DNA of 64,000 nt from Bdellovibrionales bacterium (GCA_965217115.1 OZ244239.1:288001-352000); one strand, 5' to 3'; positions 10,236 to 20,753 are shown, counted from the first letter of the stretch. Notes: generated from the sequence alone by a model not told the origin. A program made the numbers and translations.

Positions 10236-10343
10236 CTATTTCCTTGAGAGTCTGTTGAAGATGTTTCTGTGGAACCATTTATTGCTCTGGCTACAGCCTG
10301 TTAATAGAGCAAATATGTATAGTAATGTAATTTTGTTCTTCAT
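10236..10343 (-). pseudogene. Frameshifted remnant paralogous to the subtilase lipoprotein N-terminus
   Basis: MKNKITLLYIFALLTGCSQSN vs MKSKITLLLAFTLLTGCSGGN; AAGGA RBS; an extra A shifts the frame away from NGSTETSST. Confidence 0.7.
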
Positions 10344-10583
10344 TCTGCTTTCCTTACTCTAAACATGTCCATTTTTTTTGTGCACTTCAATCTGTACTCT
10401 ATTTAATAATAACATAATTACTCATGTGTAAGGGTTATTAGTCAGTTAATATAATTTTTTTATCTGACTTAGCTATGTCATGTTATCAATAGTGAATATA
10501 AATTAAACAGTCTTTTTTTTACACTGTTCCCATATGAGACATCGGTTAAAAAAACCGATATCAAAGCTACCACGTAATAGAAT

Positions 10584-10777
10584 TATTAAGACAGAAGAAA
10601 ACATCTTGGGCACAGCACTCTTCCTGGGCGCAAAAAACTCAAAACTCCTATTTTGCAAAACCCTCTCTTTGACGGAGTTCCCCAGAAAAAAATTAACCCT
10701 CCCATCGAAAAAACGACAAATTTATGGAATAACGAATTCATGCCTGTTGCTATATGGGATGACGTTCTTTATATTGT
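10584..10777 (+). pseudogene. Degenerate 194-bp copy of 12872-13067 (5' part of gene 12775..13872)
   Basis: Direct alignment with scattered substitutions and a 2-nt deletion. Confidence 0.9.
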
Positions 10778-11009
10778 TCGATGTAAAAATATTAAATACT
10801 AACTTGAAAAAAATAACTTAAATAATCGTAAATCATCTCAAAGGGACAGAGTCTCTGGAAGGCTAGACGACAAGGCCGCTGGAGAACAACACTGTGCATT
10901 GTACGTTGAATTCTTTTAGAAACACCTGTATCAATCAAAAAAATTATAACCGCCCATTGATTAAATCGACGACTGAAAGTTCAACTTTCGGTATTCACAG
11001 GAGGAAAAC

Positions 11010-12470
11010 ATGAATAAAATCAACAGTTTTTTTACAATTGTGAGTTTAACATTATTTAGTGTGATATTTGCCCCTAAAGAATCTAAGGCGCTAATGGCTC
11101 ACTGTATTGATAGCAGTAACTATGAAGTCTGCGAAAATGATCCTATATGTTTAAGACTTAAGCCAACAGTGAACCAAAGCTGTATAACCGATTTTTCTAC
11201 CGTCGATTTAGATGGGGATAAACTAAAAGATGCTGTTTATATATATGAAACAGGAGATGACCTTTATTCTGATCGTGTATATTCCATATCTTGGAATAAA
11301 AATATGGGTAATGGGAATTTTTCTCCCAGACAGGTTATTCGCTCTATTGAGCGAAAGACATTTTTTAAAGGCAAAGAGGAGAGGGGTGCTTCCTTTCCTG
11401 AACAGAGAGCTAACTTAGTTTTAAAAGACTTAGACAGTGATGGATTAATAGATATCGTTTTTTCTTTAGGAAAGGCGGGTTATGATGTTGCTACTGGTAA
11501 TACTTATCCTGGCTACAATGAATTGTTTTGGTATAAGAATAAAGGTGGCATGTCTTTTTCGAGAAAAAAACCATTAATTACTCACAACACAACAGGTGTT
11601 ATAGTATCTACCTTTCTGGAGGATGTTAATGAAGATGGCATTCTAGATTTTGGCTACAGTGTTTTAATTAAAGCCGGTTGGGTCGACAATGTGGAAAACT
11701 ATATTATTATAGGAAAGGGTGGTGGACGCTTTTCATCAGAACCTATTCTTCTTATTTTAGAAGGTGTCGAATACACCACCTTTGGCCTGGCTATTGGGCA
11801 ATTTACAGAAGAGGGGGCTAAGAGTGCGATTTTTCTTTCTTCTTTGTTTGGGAGCTTTCGGGATGGCAGTAGGGCCTACCTTCTTGGGCTAAACCTAAGT
11901 TATGTTCTTGGTGGACACGCCACTCCACCAGAAGATAGAGACGAGTATGCGAAAAACAATACACGAAATAAATTCTACCACTTTGATACAAAAATACATC
12001 TTAAGACTGAAATAGATAAGGCCATTGTGACAGACCTTAATAACGATGGTATTGACGAGTTGTTTTTAAGCCTAAATGGAATATATGGTGGTACCTATCT
12101 TTACACTTTTTCTGGTAATGAGTTTGTGTTTTCTAAAGAAGAACTCACAGATGAATATACAACAGCGGTTATGATAAAGGATGTGGATGGAGATTCCCTC
12201 TTGGATATAGTTTACTCTACTCACCGCTTTCGTAATTGGTTCAATAAACCACGCTATTTAGCATGGAAAAAAAATCAAGGTAATGGGAAATTCTCTTCTG
12301 AGAAGATTATTAAAAAATTACCTGCCGCCAGTGTATTAGGAGCAGTAGAAGATTTAGATGGAGACGGATTGGCAGACTTCATTCTCTTATCAAAAGTAGA
12401 TGGCCAAACTACTTTTACACATTTACCAAACAGCATTCTTTCGTCAGGGCAAGAGGAAGATGCTCATTAA
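11010..12470 (+). CDS. Secreted FG-GAP/VCBS repeat protein (probable beta-propeller)
   Basis: Signal peptide; repeated DLDGDKLKD, DLDSDGLIDI, DVNEDGILD, DLNNDGIDE, DVDGDSLLD, DLDGDGLAD; AGGAGG RBS. Confidence 0.88.
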   Translation: MNKINSFFTIVSLTLFSVIFAPKESKALMAHCIDSSNYEVCENDPICLRLKPTVNQSCITDFSTVDLDGDKLKDAVYIYETGDDLYSDRVYSISWNKNMGNGNFSPRQVIRSIERKTFFKGKEERGASFPEQRANLVLKDLDSDGLIDIVFSLGKAGYDVATGNTYPGYNELFWYKNKGGMSFSRKKPLITHNTTGVIVSTFLEDVNEDGILDFGYSVLIKAGWVDNVENYIIIGKGGGRFSSEPILLILEGVEYTTFGLAIGQFTEEGAKSAIFLSSLFGSFRDGSRAYLLGLNLSYVLGGHATPPEDRDEYAKNNTRNKFYHFDTKIHLKTEIDKAIVTDLNNDGIDELFLSLNGIYGGTYLYTFSGNEFVFSKEELTDEYTTAVMIKDVDGDSLLDIVYSTHRFRNWFNKPRYLAWKKNQGNGKFSSEKIIKKLPAASVLGAVEDLDGDGLADFILLSKVDGQTTFTHLPNSILSSGQEEDAH

Positions 12471-12492
12471 CAGAACTGATTAGTGAACGATG

Positions 12493-12515
12493 GGTCTAGA
12501 AGTCTAGACCTTTTT
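12493..12515 (+). terminator. Intrinsic terminator
   Basis: ggtctag-aagt-ctagacc followed by ttttt. Confidence 0.6.
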
Positions 12516-12774
12516 CGGAATCATCACTAAACTGGAATTAAAAAATAGTTAAATATAATGGCGAAAAAGAGGCTACAATTTGTAGGCTTTTTTTTTTGTT
12601 CATAAATCTTTCCCTGCTGTGCTCTGTATAAAACAGTGACAGTTGTTCTGTTGAAGTCTCCATACATAAACTAAGTATTACCGACTCATTTTGAGACAAA
12701 TAGCCCTCTCATTAATTGTCTTATTATAGACATTCGTTAATATTCTTGCCGGAAGATACCGATAGAAGTCTAGT

Positions 12775-13872
12775 ATGGAATTGAAATGGCTAAATGCATT
12801 CGAACTCACACCTGAGACACTTATCAAGTGGACGGCTGATAAACCCGCCCAGCACTCCCCTCTTTTCTGGATATTAAGACAGAAGAAAATATCTTGGGCA
12901 CAGCACTCTTCCTGGGCTCAAAAAGAACTCAAAATCCCTATTTTACAAGAAGCTTTCTTTGACGGAGTTCCTCAGGAAAAAATTAAAACTCTCATCGAAA
13001 AAACGACAAATTTATGGAATAACGAATTCATGCCTGTTGCTATATGGGATGGCGTTCTTTATATTGTATGTCTCTCTCCTCCTGATGATTTAGAAATCAA
13101 TTACTCTGATTTATTTAAAAAGTTGGACGGCGTAACAAAACATCAAATAGCCATCGCGACCCCTGAATGCTTAGAAAAATGGTGGAATAAACTTCCTCAT
13201 ACGGGAAAAGAATCTTCTATTTCAAAAATAAACTTTTTACAACAGACCTCTACACCAGAGAAAGTCACAACCCTAAAGCCACCAATAGATATCACAAGAA
13301 CATTCAATGTTAACTTTCCACCCAAACCAGAAGACTACACAACGACAAGAGCCCTTGAAAGTGACTCTCTAGATATACCAAATAAGGATCTCAGCACAAT
13401 CAGATCTTTGTCCCCAGATAGTGCCACTGATTGGAAGGAGATCGGAGAATTAATATTTCCAAAAATGGAAAAATATTATAGACAAACGATGATCATGGCA
13501 CTCGACGGTCACAACCTTTGGCCTAAATCATGGAACAACCAGTGGAACGAACCATCTTTAGAAGAAGTGACACCCACTCCTCTTGGAACAGCTAGTATTT
13601 TTGAGATTGTTTCCAAAACGCAAAAACCCTACCACGGACCTGTCTTCGCGAACCCTATTAATAATCATTTTTTTAGCTTCTGGGATTCAAACAAACTTGC
13701 TAAATACATCACTATCGTACCAATTATCGTTCATGGACAAATCGAAGCTATGCTCATTGGCACCTCTGATTCAGAGATTAACTCCCGTAGAAGGCTATCA
13801 GCTATGGAGAATTGGGGTAAAGAAATTTCCACTTCCCTCTCTCCGGTGACTTCAATACTCAAAGCCTTCTAG
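12775..13872 (+). CDS. Hypothetical protein with possible C-terminal GAF-like domain
   Basis: 365-aa ORF; SIFEIVSKTQKPYHGP and ITIVPIIVHGQIEAML resemble GAF strands. Confidence 0.65.
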   Translation: MELKWLNAFELTPETLIKWTADKPAQHSPLFWILRQKKISWAQHSSWAQKELKIPILQEAFFDGVPQEKIKTLIEKTTNLWNNEFMPVAIWDGVLYIVCLSPPDDLEINYSDLFKKLDGVTKHQIAIATPECLEKWWNKLPHTGKESSISKINFLQQTSTPEKVTTLKPPIDITRTFNVNFPPKPEDYTTTRALESDSLDIPNKDLSTIRSLSPDSATDWKEIGELIFPKMEKYYRQTMIMALDGHNLWPKSWNNQWNEPSLEEVTPTPLGTASIFEIVSKTQKPYHGPVFANPINNHFFSFWDSNKLAKYITIVPIIVHGQIEAMLIGTSDSEINSRRRLSAMENWGKEISTSLSPVTSILKAF

Positions 13873-14311
13873 AGAGAACCATCCGTCGCTGCTCTGCAAC
13901 CCCCGTTCTCTGAAGATTTAAGCAAAACACGCTCCAATCAATAGGAATAAATTCTTTATGTAAACGATCTCCCCACTCAATAAGAATTAATCCGTGGGGA
14001 CGGGAGAATAAATCCCAAAAACCTGTTGTCTCTAAGTCCTCATCATTTTCTAAACGATAAAGATCTAAATGATCAACAATTCTACCATTTGGTAACTCAT
14101 AAGAATTATGGATCGAAAAAGAAGGAGAACAAGCATCCTCATACCCCAGCCCTTGTAATAAAAAGGTCACCCACTGAGTCTTTCCCACCCCCATAGGCCC
14201 CTCTAATAAAACCACCGTCTTGTCTTCTAAATTATCAGCAATAAACTCATGTGCTTTCTTCTTAAGCACATTTAAGTCATCGACAAGAGAGGTTAAGTGT
14301 TCTTCTGCCAT
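13859..14311 (-). CDS. tsaE: tRNA threonylcarbamoyladenosine biosynthesis ATPase TsaE
   Basis: GPMGVGKT, SPSF, HLDLYRL, LIEW. Confidence 0.95.
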   Translation of the reverse strand: MAEEHLTSLVDDLNVLKKKAHEFIADNLEDKTVVLLEGPMGVGKTQWVTFLLQGLGYEDACSPSFSIHNSYELPNGRIVDHLDLYRLENDEDLETTGFWDLFSRPHGLILIEWGDRLHKEFIPIDWSVFCLNLQRTGVAEQRRMVLSRRL

Positions 14312-14315
14312 AGCA

Positions 14316-15038
14316 TTAAATCACTTTCTTCATTTCACGCACAGCTTTTTTTAATCCCATCTCCAAAGAGTAACAAATTAAAGAATGCCCTATGTTTAAT
14401 TCTTGTAAATGAGGCAGGTTTTTGGCTATGACACTTGCCGAGTGAAAATCCAATCCATGTCCCGCATGAACCCTAAGATTTAATTTATGGGCACAGATCG
14501 CTGCCTTTTTTAATCTTTGCCATTCATGACGCTTTTTTTCCCCTCTCAATAAAACCCAGGAGCCCGTATGCAGTTCCACTGCATCAGCTCCAATCTCGGC
14601 ACAGGCCTCTATCTGTTTAATACTTGGATCAATAAAAGGAGATACTTCAATCCCTCCATCCTGTAATTTTCTGGTGACTTCTCTCATCTTTCTCATATGA
14701 CCTGCTACATCCAATCCCCCTTCGGTTGTCAGCTCTCTTCTCTTCTCTGGAACAAGGCAAACAATGGAAGGTTTATTCTTTAGAGCCACACTCACCATTT
14801 TTTGAGTCGCTGCCATCTCTAAATTCAATGGCACTAAAGATTTCTTAGACAATAACTCCACATCACGATCTTGAATATGACGACGATCTTCTCTTAAATG
14901 AATCGTTATTTGATCGGCACCACCCTGCACTGCTAGATTCATCATATTTACTAAATCAGGATAGGGGGTGGTTGCACCACGAACCTCCCTTAAGGTTGCA
15001 GCATGATCAATATTCACACCCAAACGAATTCGGCCCAT
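14316..15038 (-). CDS. pdxJ: Pyridoxine 5'-phosphate synthase
   Basis: LGVNIDHAATLR, HLREDRRHI, TTEGGLD, ELNIGHS. Confidence 0.97.
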   Translation of the reverse strand: MGRIRLGVNIDHAATLREVRGATTPYPDLVNMMNLAVQGGADQITIHLREDRRHIQDRDVELLSKKSLVPLNLEMAATQKMVSVALKNKPSIVCLVPEKRRELTTEGGLDVAGHMRKMREVTRKLQDGGIEVSPFIDPSIKQIEACAEIGADAVELHTGSWVLLRGEKKRHEWQRLKKAAICAHKLNLRVHAGHGLDFHSASVIAKNLPHLQELNIGHSLICYSLEMGLKKAVREMKKVI

Positions 15039-15044
15039 CTCTTC

Positions 15045-16412
15045 TTACCCTAAGGACTTTTGTAGAAATTTAGCCATCTTTTCCGCCAGTTCATTAATTT
15101 TCCCCTTGCTCGGTCCCTCTACCAAAATCCTTACAACAGATTCTGTTCCAGAGTAACGCACAAAAATACGTCCCGCTCCTTTTAACTGCTCAGAGATATC
15201 CCCATGTAACTTCTCATAACCATCTAATTCATGTAAAGGTATCTTAATATTTACACGCAAATTAATCAAAATTTGAGGCACCTCTTCAAACTCTTTCACC
15301 AAATTATGTAACGCCGTCTGACGCGCTTTCATAATTCCCAAAATACTAAGTCCCGCTATCAATCCATCACCTGTTGTCGAATGATCTAGAAAAATAATAT
15401 GTCCCGACTGTTCTCCGCCTAACACATAACCTTTGTTACGCATCTCTTCGATCACATTACGATCACCAACATCCGTCTTAACAAGAGATATCCCAGACTT
15501 TGTCATTAGTTTTTCCAAACCAAAATTACTCATCTGAGTCGCCACCACTGTGTTATGTGGTAATTTACCACACTCCTTTAGGTAAATAGCACAAATAGCC
15601 AAGATCTGATCTCCATTAACTACCTTGCCCCGCTTATCTGTCATGATCACACGATCTGCATCACCATCTAAAGCAATACCCACGTCCGCCCGATACTCAA
15701 CAACCGCTTCACCTAAACGACTGGGATATAATGCTCCTGATTTATCATTAATATTTGTCCCATTAGGCTTATTACCAATGACAATCACCTCTGCTCCTAA
15801 TTCCTGCAACACCATAGGAGCAACCTTGTAGGAGGCACCATGGGCACAATCTAGCACAATACGAATTCCATCCAGAGTTTCTTTTTGTGGAAATGTATCT
15901 TTAACAAAAACGATATAACGACCAGTGCTATCCTCTATTCTTTTACTACGACCAATCTCCTCAGAACTGGGTAAAAGCTCATTGAGGTCAGTATTAAAAA
16001 CTAACTCCTCAATCTCTCTCTCCATTTCCTCAGAAATTTTATAACCATCAAAACCAAAGATTTTAATTCCATTATCATAATAAGCATTATGAGAAGCTGA
16101 AATAACAACTCCCGCATCAGCCCTCATATTACGAGTTAAGAAACCAATTCCAGGTGTCGGCAGAGGACCTACAAATTGCACATGAACACCCATAGAGTTC
16201 AACCCACTAGCCAGAGCCATTTCGATCATATAGCCTGATAAGCGTGTGTCTTTTCCAATAACAACTTTGATTGCCCGAGATGGAATATTATCCCTACGAC
16301 GTAGGATGCATCCCAACGCCTGGCCCACCTTCAACACAATGTCAGGTGTAATAGGAAAAACATTTGATTTACCTCGGATTCCATCTGTTCCAAAGAGTTT
16401 CTGCTTTCTCAT
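15045..16412 (-). CDS. glmM: Phosphoglucosamine mutase
   Basis: FGTDGIRG, ISASHN, DGDADR, GGEQSGH. Confidence 0.97.
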   Translation of the reverse strand: MRKQKLFGTDGIRGKSNVFPITPDIVLKVGQALGCILRRRDNIPSRAIKVVIGKDTRLSGYMIEMALASGLNSMGVHVQFVGPLPTPGIGFLTRNMRADAGVVISASHNAYYDNGIKIFGFDGYKISEEMEREIEELVFNTDLNELLPSSEEIGRSKRIEDSTGRYIVFVKDTFPQKETLDGIRIVLDCAHGASYKVAPMVLQELGAEVIVIGNKPNGTNINDKSGALYPSRLGEAVVEYRADVGIALDGDADRVIMTDKRGKVVNGDQILAICAIYLKECGKLPHNTVVATQMSNFGLEKLMTKSGISLVKTDVGDRNVIEEMRNKGYVLGGEQSGHIIFLDHSTTGDGLIAGLSILGIMKARQTALHNLVKEFEEVPQILINLRVNIKIPLHELDGYEKLHGDISEQLKGAGRIFVRYSGTESVVRILVEGPSKGKINELAEKMAKFLQKSLG

Positions 16413-16469
16413 AAAACCACGATCCTTCCCAGTGCCCTTCTCACATCATATAAATACGGATGTTCCTTA

Positions 16470-16883
16470 TTATTTACTTTTATCGGTCTTGCCCACGATG
16501 ATTGCAGTAAAAAATTTTGGACTCACCCAGAGCAATCTCGTTCCTAATGGCAAATCAATCATCTTTGATGTGATTTCTTTTTTTACCCTACCTGGCTCCT
16601 CATTTGCCAAGTTAATCACTACAGCTCGTTCATCAATATCCCGTGACAATCTCTTAAGAGCATGACGAGTTCCTGAGATTCTAACCTTCACTTCTTCAAC
16701 CGGTTTTTTAAAAAAATGAGATTGGGAAGGCAAGAGATATTGAATCGGTAATTCATAGGTCATCACAAAATCACGCCGACCTAGAATCATAACCCATAAA
16801 ATAAAAGCTATAAAAAATGCCACCATTTTATAGGTCATATTATCGGTGAAAACTTTATCCCATAACTCTCTGGGTCGTATCAT
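16470..16883 (-). CDS. cdaR: CdaR/YbbR-like diadenylate cyclase regulator (single domain)
   Basis: KMVAFFIAFILW TM segment plus VKVRISG; lies between cdaA and glmM. Confidence 0.75.
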   Translation of the reverse strand: MIRPRELWDKVFTDNMTYKMVAFFIAFILWVMILGRRDFVMTYELPIQYLLPSQSHFFKKPVEEVKVRISGTRHALKRLSRDIDERAVVINLANEEPGRVKKEITSKMIDLPLGTRLLWVSPKFFTAIIVGKTDKSK

Positions 16884-17680
16884 TTAGCTCCTCTATTTTC
16901 AGAAGGTTTCAAACCAAAAAATTCATATAACTTTCCACGCAATTCACTCACAGCAAGATTAGAAATCACTTCCCCCCCTTGAACGACACTCACCATCTTA
17001 GACTCCTCACTCACAACCAATACCACTGCATCTGTTTCATCGGTGAGCCCCATGGCAGCGCGATGCCTTGTGCCCCAATTTTTATTTAAAGTTGGATTCT
17101 GGCTCAATGGTAGAAAGCATCCCGCCAAATCAATTCTTGCATGGCGAATAAGAACCGCCCCGTCATGGAGAGGGGATGATGGATGAAAAATTGAAAGTAA
17201 AATTTCCGAGGAAACCTGTGAGTCAAGTTCAGACCCCCCCTCAATGTGATAGTCCACATTAATATCTCTCTCCAAGACTAATAAAGCTCCGAACCCTCTC
17301 TGGGCCAATAACATGACTCCTCTACATATCTCTTCAATCACATGGGTTTCTTCATCAGCATCAATGTCCATAAGGAGGGGGTTACTACCGATATGGGCCA
17401 ATGCGTGGCGAATCTCTCCTTGAAAAATAATCACCATGATCACAAATAAATTATTAAAAAACTTCTCTAACAACCAATTAAACGTATGAAATTCCAACCA
17501 AATACTCGCCAGATAGGCAATGCCCAACACTCCCAAACCCGAGAGCATTTGCACTGTTCCCGTACGACGAATCAGAAGTAAGACACGATAAATAATCATC
17601 CATACCAAGACCATATCTATCAGGTCTTGAAGTCTAAGATGACTTATAAAAAAATGAATGTTTTCAAGTAGACTTTCGAT
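16880..17680 (-). CDS. cdaA: Diadenylate cyclase CdaA; start either ATC 17680 or ATG 17614
   Basis: Three TM segments, FQGEIR, PLHDGAV, GTRHRAA, VSEE. Confidence 0.93.
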   Translation of the reverse strand: MESLLENIHFFISHLRLQDLIDMVLVWMIIYRVLLLIRRTGTVQMLSGLGVLGIAYLASIWLEFHTFNWLLEKFFNNLFVIMVIIFQGEIRHALAHIGSNPLLMDIDADEETHVIEEICRGVMLLAQRGFGALLVLERDINVDYHIEGGSELDSQVSSEILLSIFHPSSPLHDGAVLIRHARIDLAGCFLPLSQNPTLNKNWGTRHRAAMGLTDETDAVVLVVSEESKMVSVVQGGEVISNLAVSELRGKLYEFFGLKPSENRGAK

Positions 17681-17695
17681 ACACTGGCTCCAACT

Positions 17696-19678
17696 CTATA
17701 CAGTTACAGGATCAGAACCACCAACATCAGAATTATTGACATCAATATTATCAACCACAGACTCGTCTTCGTCGTTAAGTGCTTGTAACTCTTCAGCAGT
17801 TATTTTGTTTGCCTCTTTTTGCTCTTCTTGTTCAATTCGTCGCTTAGACAAACCTTCTAGAGATAAACCATCATAGATGAGATCCACTTCCTCTCCATTG
17901 AGAGTTTCATACTCAAGTAACGATTTTGCTAAAACATGAAGAATCTCGGTTTTTTCATTTAAGATACGTTTAGCAGTCTCGTAACCTTCATCGATTAAAC
18001 GAGAGACCTCTCGATCAATCTCCTCTGAAATTGCATCGGAATGGGTCTCAGAATTATTCTGCTGCATTCCTAAGAATACAGGACCTTCGCTCTTAGCATA
18101 GGATTGAGGGCCTAGTTTCTCACTCATTCCCCACTCACAAACCATACGTCGAGACAGGCTCGTTGCCTTTTCAATATCATTGCCTGCACCCGTAGTATAA
18201 TCAGTAAAAATAATTTCTTCGGCTGCTCGTCCACCAAAGAGATAGGCGATCAAGTTTGTCGCCTTGCTCTTGGACATGCTTAAACTGTCTTCCTTTGGCA
18301 AAGTATAGGTCACGCCTAAAGCCATTCCCCGTGGAATGATCGTCACCTTGTGAATAGGATCTAAGCCAGGCAAGAATTTGCCCACAAGAGTGTGTCCCGC
18401 CTCGTGATAAGCTGTCATTTTTTTATCGGCATCACTGATAACCATCGAACGACGCTCCGAACCCAGCATGACCTTATCCTTAGCCAACTCAAAATCTTCC
18501 CCTTCAAGATAGCGCTTGTCACTCCTGGCTGCCAAGAGAGCGGCCTCATTGACCAAGTTTTCCAAATCAGCCCCCGAAAATCCAGGAGTTCCACGGGCAA
18601 TTTTTTCTAACTCCACTTTCGGCGCCAAGGGCGTTCGACGTGTATGTACATCTAAAATCTTTTTACGTCCCAGAAGATCGGGATTACTCACCATCACTCG
18701 ACGATCAAAACGCCCTGGTCGCAGCAATGCTGGATCTAAAACATCTGGCCTATTTGTAGCCGCAATAAGGATCACTCCCTCATTGTCCTCAAAACCATCC
18801 ATCTCCACCAAGAGTTGATTCAAAGTCTGTTCACGCTCATCGTGACCGCCTCCCATACCTGAACCACGGTGACGACCGACGGCATCTATCTCATCAATAA
18901 AAATCAAACACGGTGAATGTTTCTTCCCTTGCTCAAAAAGATCACGCACACGACTAGCGCCCACACCGACAAACATCTCCACAAAGTCTGAACCTGAAAT
19001 ACTAAAAAATGGCACACCAGCCTCTCCTGCCACTGCACGCGCCAAGAGAGTCTTACCCGTTCCCGGAGGTCCCACCAATAAAACACCTTTAGGAATACGT
19101 CCACCCAGGCGAGTGTATTTTCTAGGATTTTTTAAGAAGTTCACAATCTCCTGCAACTCCTCTTTAGCTTCTTCAATCCCAGCAACATCCTTAAACGTCA
19201 CTTTCTTTTTTGATTCGTGCAGTAACTTTGCTTTGCTCTTACCAAAAGACATGGCTTTACCACCACCAGCCTGAACTTGACGCATAATAAATATGAACAT
19301 TCCAATAATGAGAATCAGCGGTAACCAATTAATTAAAATATTTTGCAACAAAGAATCATCTTCACCACGAGCAAAATTAGGCGTGAGACCATAGGACTCT
19401 ATCATCTTGATTCCTGTATCCCCTGTATTGCCCACGATAGTAAAGAGCTTGCCGCCATACTCATCTATAAACTCAGGGCTTATCTCTCCAGTTATTTCAT
19501 TATTATCCTGATGAAGAATCACATTATCAATATGCTTATTTTCCAAAGCGTTTTTAAACTTAGAGTAGGAAAAATCAGGAATCATCACCGAGCGTTGTTT
19601 TTCATAGGCCGAAAAGACAAAGATTGCGATCACAATAAGAAAGAACCAAAGAGCGACGGTTTTTTGCGTATTTTTCAT
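17696..19678 (-). CDS. ftsH: ATP-dependent zinc metalloprotease FtsH
   Basis: [39 protein letters not shown]. Confidence 0.99.
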   Translation of the reverse strand: MKNTQKTVALWFFLIVIAIFVFSAYEKQRSVMIPDFSYSKFKNALENKHIDNVILHQDNNEITGEISPEFIDEYGGKLFTIVGNTGDTGIKMIESYGLTPNFARGEDDSLLQNILINWLPLILIIGMFIFIMRQVQAGGGKAMSFGKSKAKLLHESKKKVTFKDVAGIEEAKEELQEIVNFLKNPRKYTRLGGRIPKGVLLVGPPGTGKTLLARAVAGEAGVPFFSISGSDFVEMFVGVGASRVRDLFEQGKKHSPCLIFIDEIDAVGRHRGSGMGGGHDEREQTLNQLLVEMDGFEDNEGVILIAATNRPDVLDPALLRPGRFDRRVMVSNPDLLGRKKILDVHTRRTPLAPKVELEKIARGTPGFSGADLENLVNEAALLAARSDKRYLEGEDFELAKDKVMLGSERRSMVISDADKKMTAYHEAGHTLVGKFLPGLDPIHKVTIIPRGMALGVTYTLPKEDSLSMSKSKATNLIAYLFGGRAAEEIIFTDYTTGAGNDIEKATSLSRRMVCEWGMSEKLGPQSYAKSEGPVFLGMQQNNSETHSDAISEEIDREVSRLIDEGYETAKRILNEKTEILHVLAKSLLEYETLNGEEVDLIYDGLSLEGLSKRRIEQEEQKEANKITAEELQALNDEDESVVDNIDVNNSDVGGSDPVTV

Positions 19679-19717
19679 ATTTCATCCAATAAAAAAGTTG
19701 TAAATAGCATTCCTTTA

Positions 19718-19746
19718 AGACTAGCACGCCCCCCCCCACAACTCAA
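19718..19746 (-). promoter_or_regulatory. Predicted sigma70 promoter of ftsH with a G9 run in the spacer
   Basis: TTGAGT-17 nt (tgtGGGGGGGGGcgtgc)-TAGTCT, with extended -10 TG. Confidence 0.55.
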
Positions 19747-19778
19747 CGTAACTATTTAATAAATGCTATTAGACTGGG

Positions 19779-20753
19779 TTAAGAGAAGCCAAAGTGCCGA
19801 GTGTCAACCAACCATTCACATCTCGCCACTACAAAAGAGAAATTCTTTTGCTCTGTGCGTAAACGTTTATAGATCTCACCGACATGACCAGCCGTGTAGG
19901 AGTTCACATTCTTACTTTTCAAATAGAAGGCTAAAAATCTTTTCTTATCTCCCTCTGCAAGGGCTTCATAGGAACGGCGACATATTCTCTCTTCTCCGAC
20001 AAGCAGTTTCTCCCACTGCTCACTGCTTTGAGTCCCTGCCTTCTCTACCTCTTGGGAAATCAGCTCTAGAGAACTCCCTAAGCTATTCACGCTGCCTTCA
20101 CGCTTTTTCTCTAAACTCACTAACCACTCTTGCCTCAGCCAATTTCGAAGGGGCTCAATGCTCTTGTTGCTCGGATCTTCCAGCCACCCTTCGGACCACT
20201 TATTCTCAACATAAGACTTCAACTCTTTCCGACGAATCTGTAGAAATGGACGATATATCTGCAACGACCCACACCCACTTAAAACTCCCATAGACTCAAG
20301 CCCTCCGGCTCCTGTTCCTCGAATCAAGCGAATCAAACGAGTTTCAAGTAAATCATCCCAATGATGACCCTGAACCAGATATCTATACCCTTGGGATTGT
20401 TGAATTTTAATAAGTTCTTCCCGGCGCAATTTGCGTAGGCTATCCTCACTCCCGTGACTCTTATTCCCATCACTGTGCTGATTGCCATCGGTATTAGAAT
20501 AAAATGGCCTTTTCAGGTTGATAGCCAATCTCTCTACAAAGCCATAGGCGCGGTTACGATAAATCTCATTTTCTGCAGAGCCATGGTGAATATAAGCCAG
20601 ACCCATTTTTAAGTTTAACTTCTTAGACAGGACATCCATGGCAAAGGCTGCCGCCACAGAGTCAACTCCTCCAGAACAACACACCAGAAATGACGGCGAC
20701 TCTAACTCTAAGTGGGAAAACTCTTTGAAAATACCCATCTCCAAAGAGTTCAA
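19779..20753 (-). CDS. tilS: tRNA(Ile)-lysidine synthetase, short form
   Basis: SGGVDS PP-loop, GHHWDDLLET, RPFL, EDPSN, LRN; upstream of ftsH. Confidence 0.92.
   Translation of the reverse strand: MNSLEMGIFKEFSHLELESPSFLVCCSGGVDSVAAAFAMDVLSKKLNLKMGLAYIHHGSAENEIYRNRAYGFVERLAINLKRPFYSNTDGNQHSDGNKSHGSEDSLRKLRREELIKIQQSQGYRYLVQGHHWDDLLETRLIRLIRGTGAGGLESMGVLSGCGSLQIYRPFLQIRRKELKSYVENKWSEGWLEDPSNKSIEPLRNWLRQEWLVSLEKKREGSVNSLGSSLELISQEVEKAGTQSSEQWEKLLVGEERICRRSYEALAEGDKKRFLAFYLKSKNVNSYTAGHVGEIYKRLRTEQKNFSFVVARCEWLVDTRHFGFS

Noticed and set aside
10534..10821. 95-aa ORF as a real gene
   Set aside because: It is mostly an out-of-frame reading of the duplicated fragment of gene 12775..13872.
6614..12620. 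Integron attC sites after the pilin and FG-GAP genes (weakly similar downstream regions sharing aaactggaa and atttgtag)
   Set aside because: No convincing paired R''/R' boxes, no integrase, and the similarity is too short to support.
10584..13067. Repeat pair as a DGR template/variable repeat
   Set aside because: Mismatches are not adenine-specific (many C/T), there is an indel, the copy lies in the 5' part of the gene, and no reverse transcriptase is in the window.
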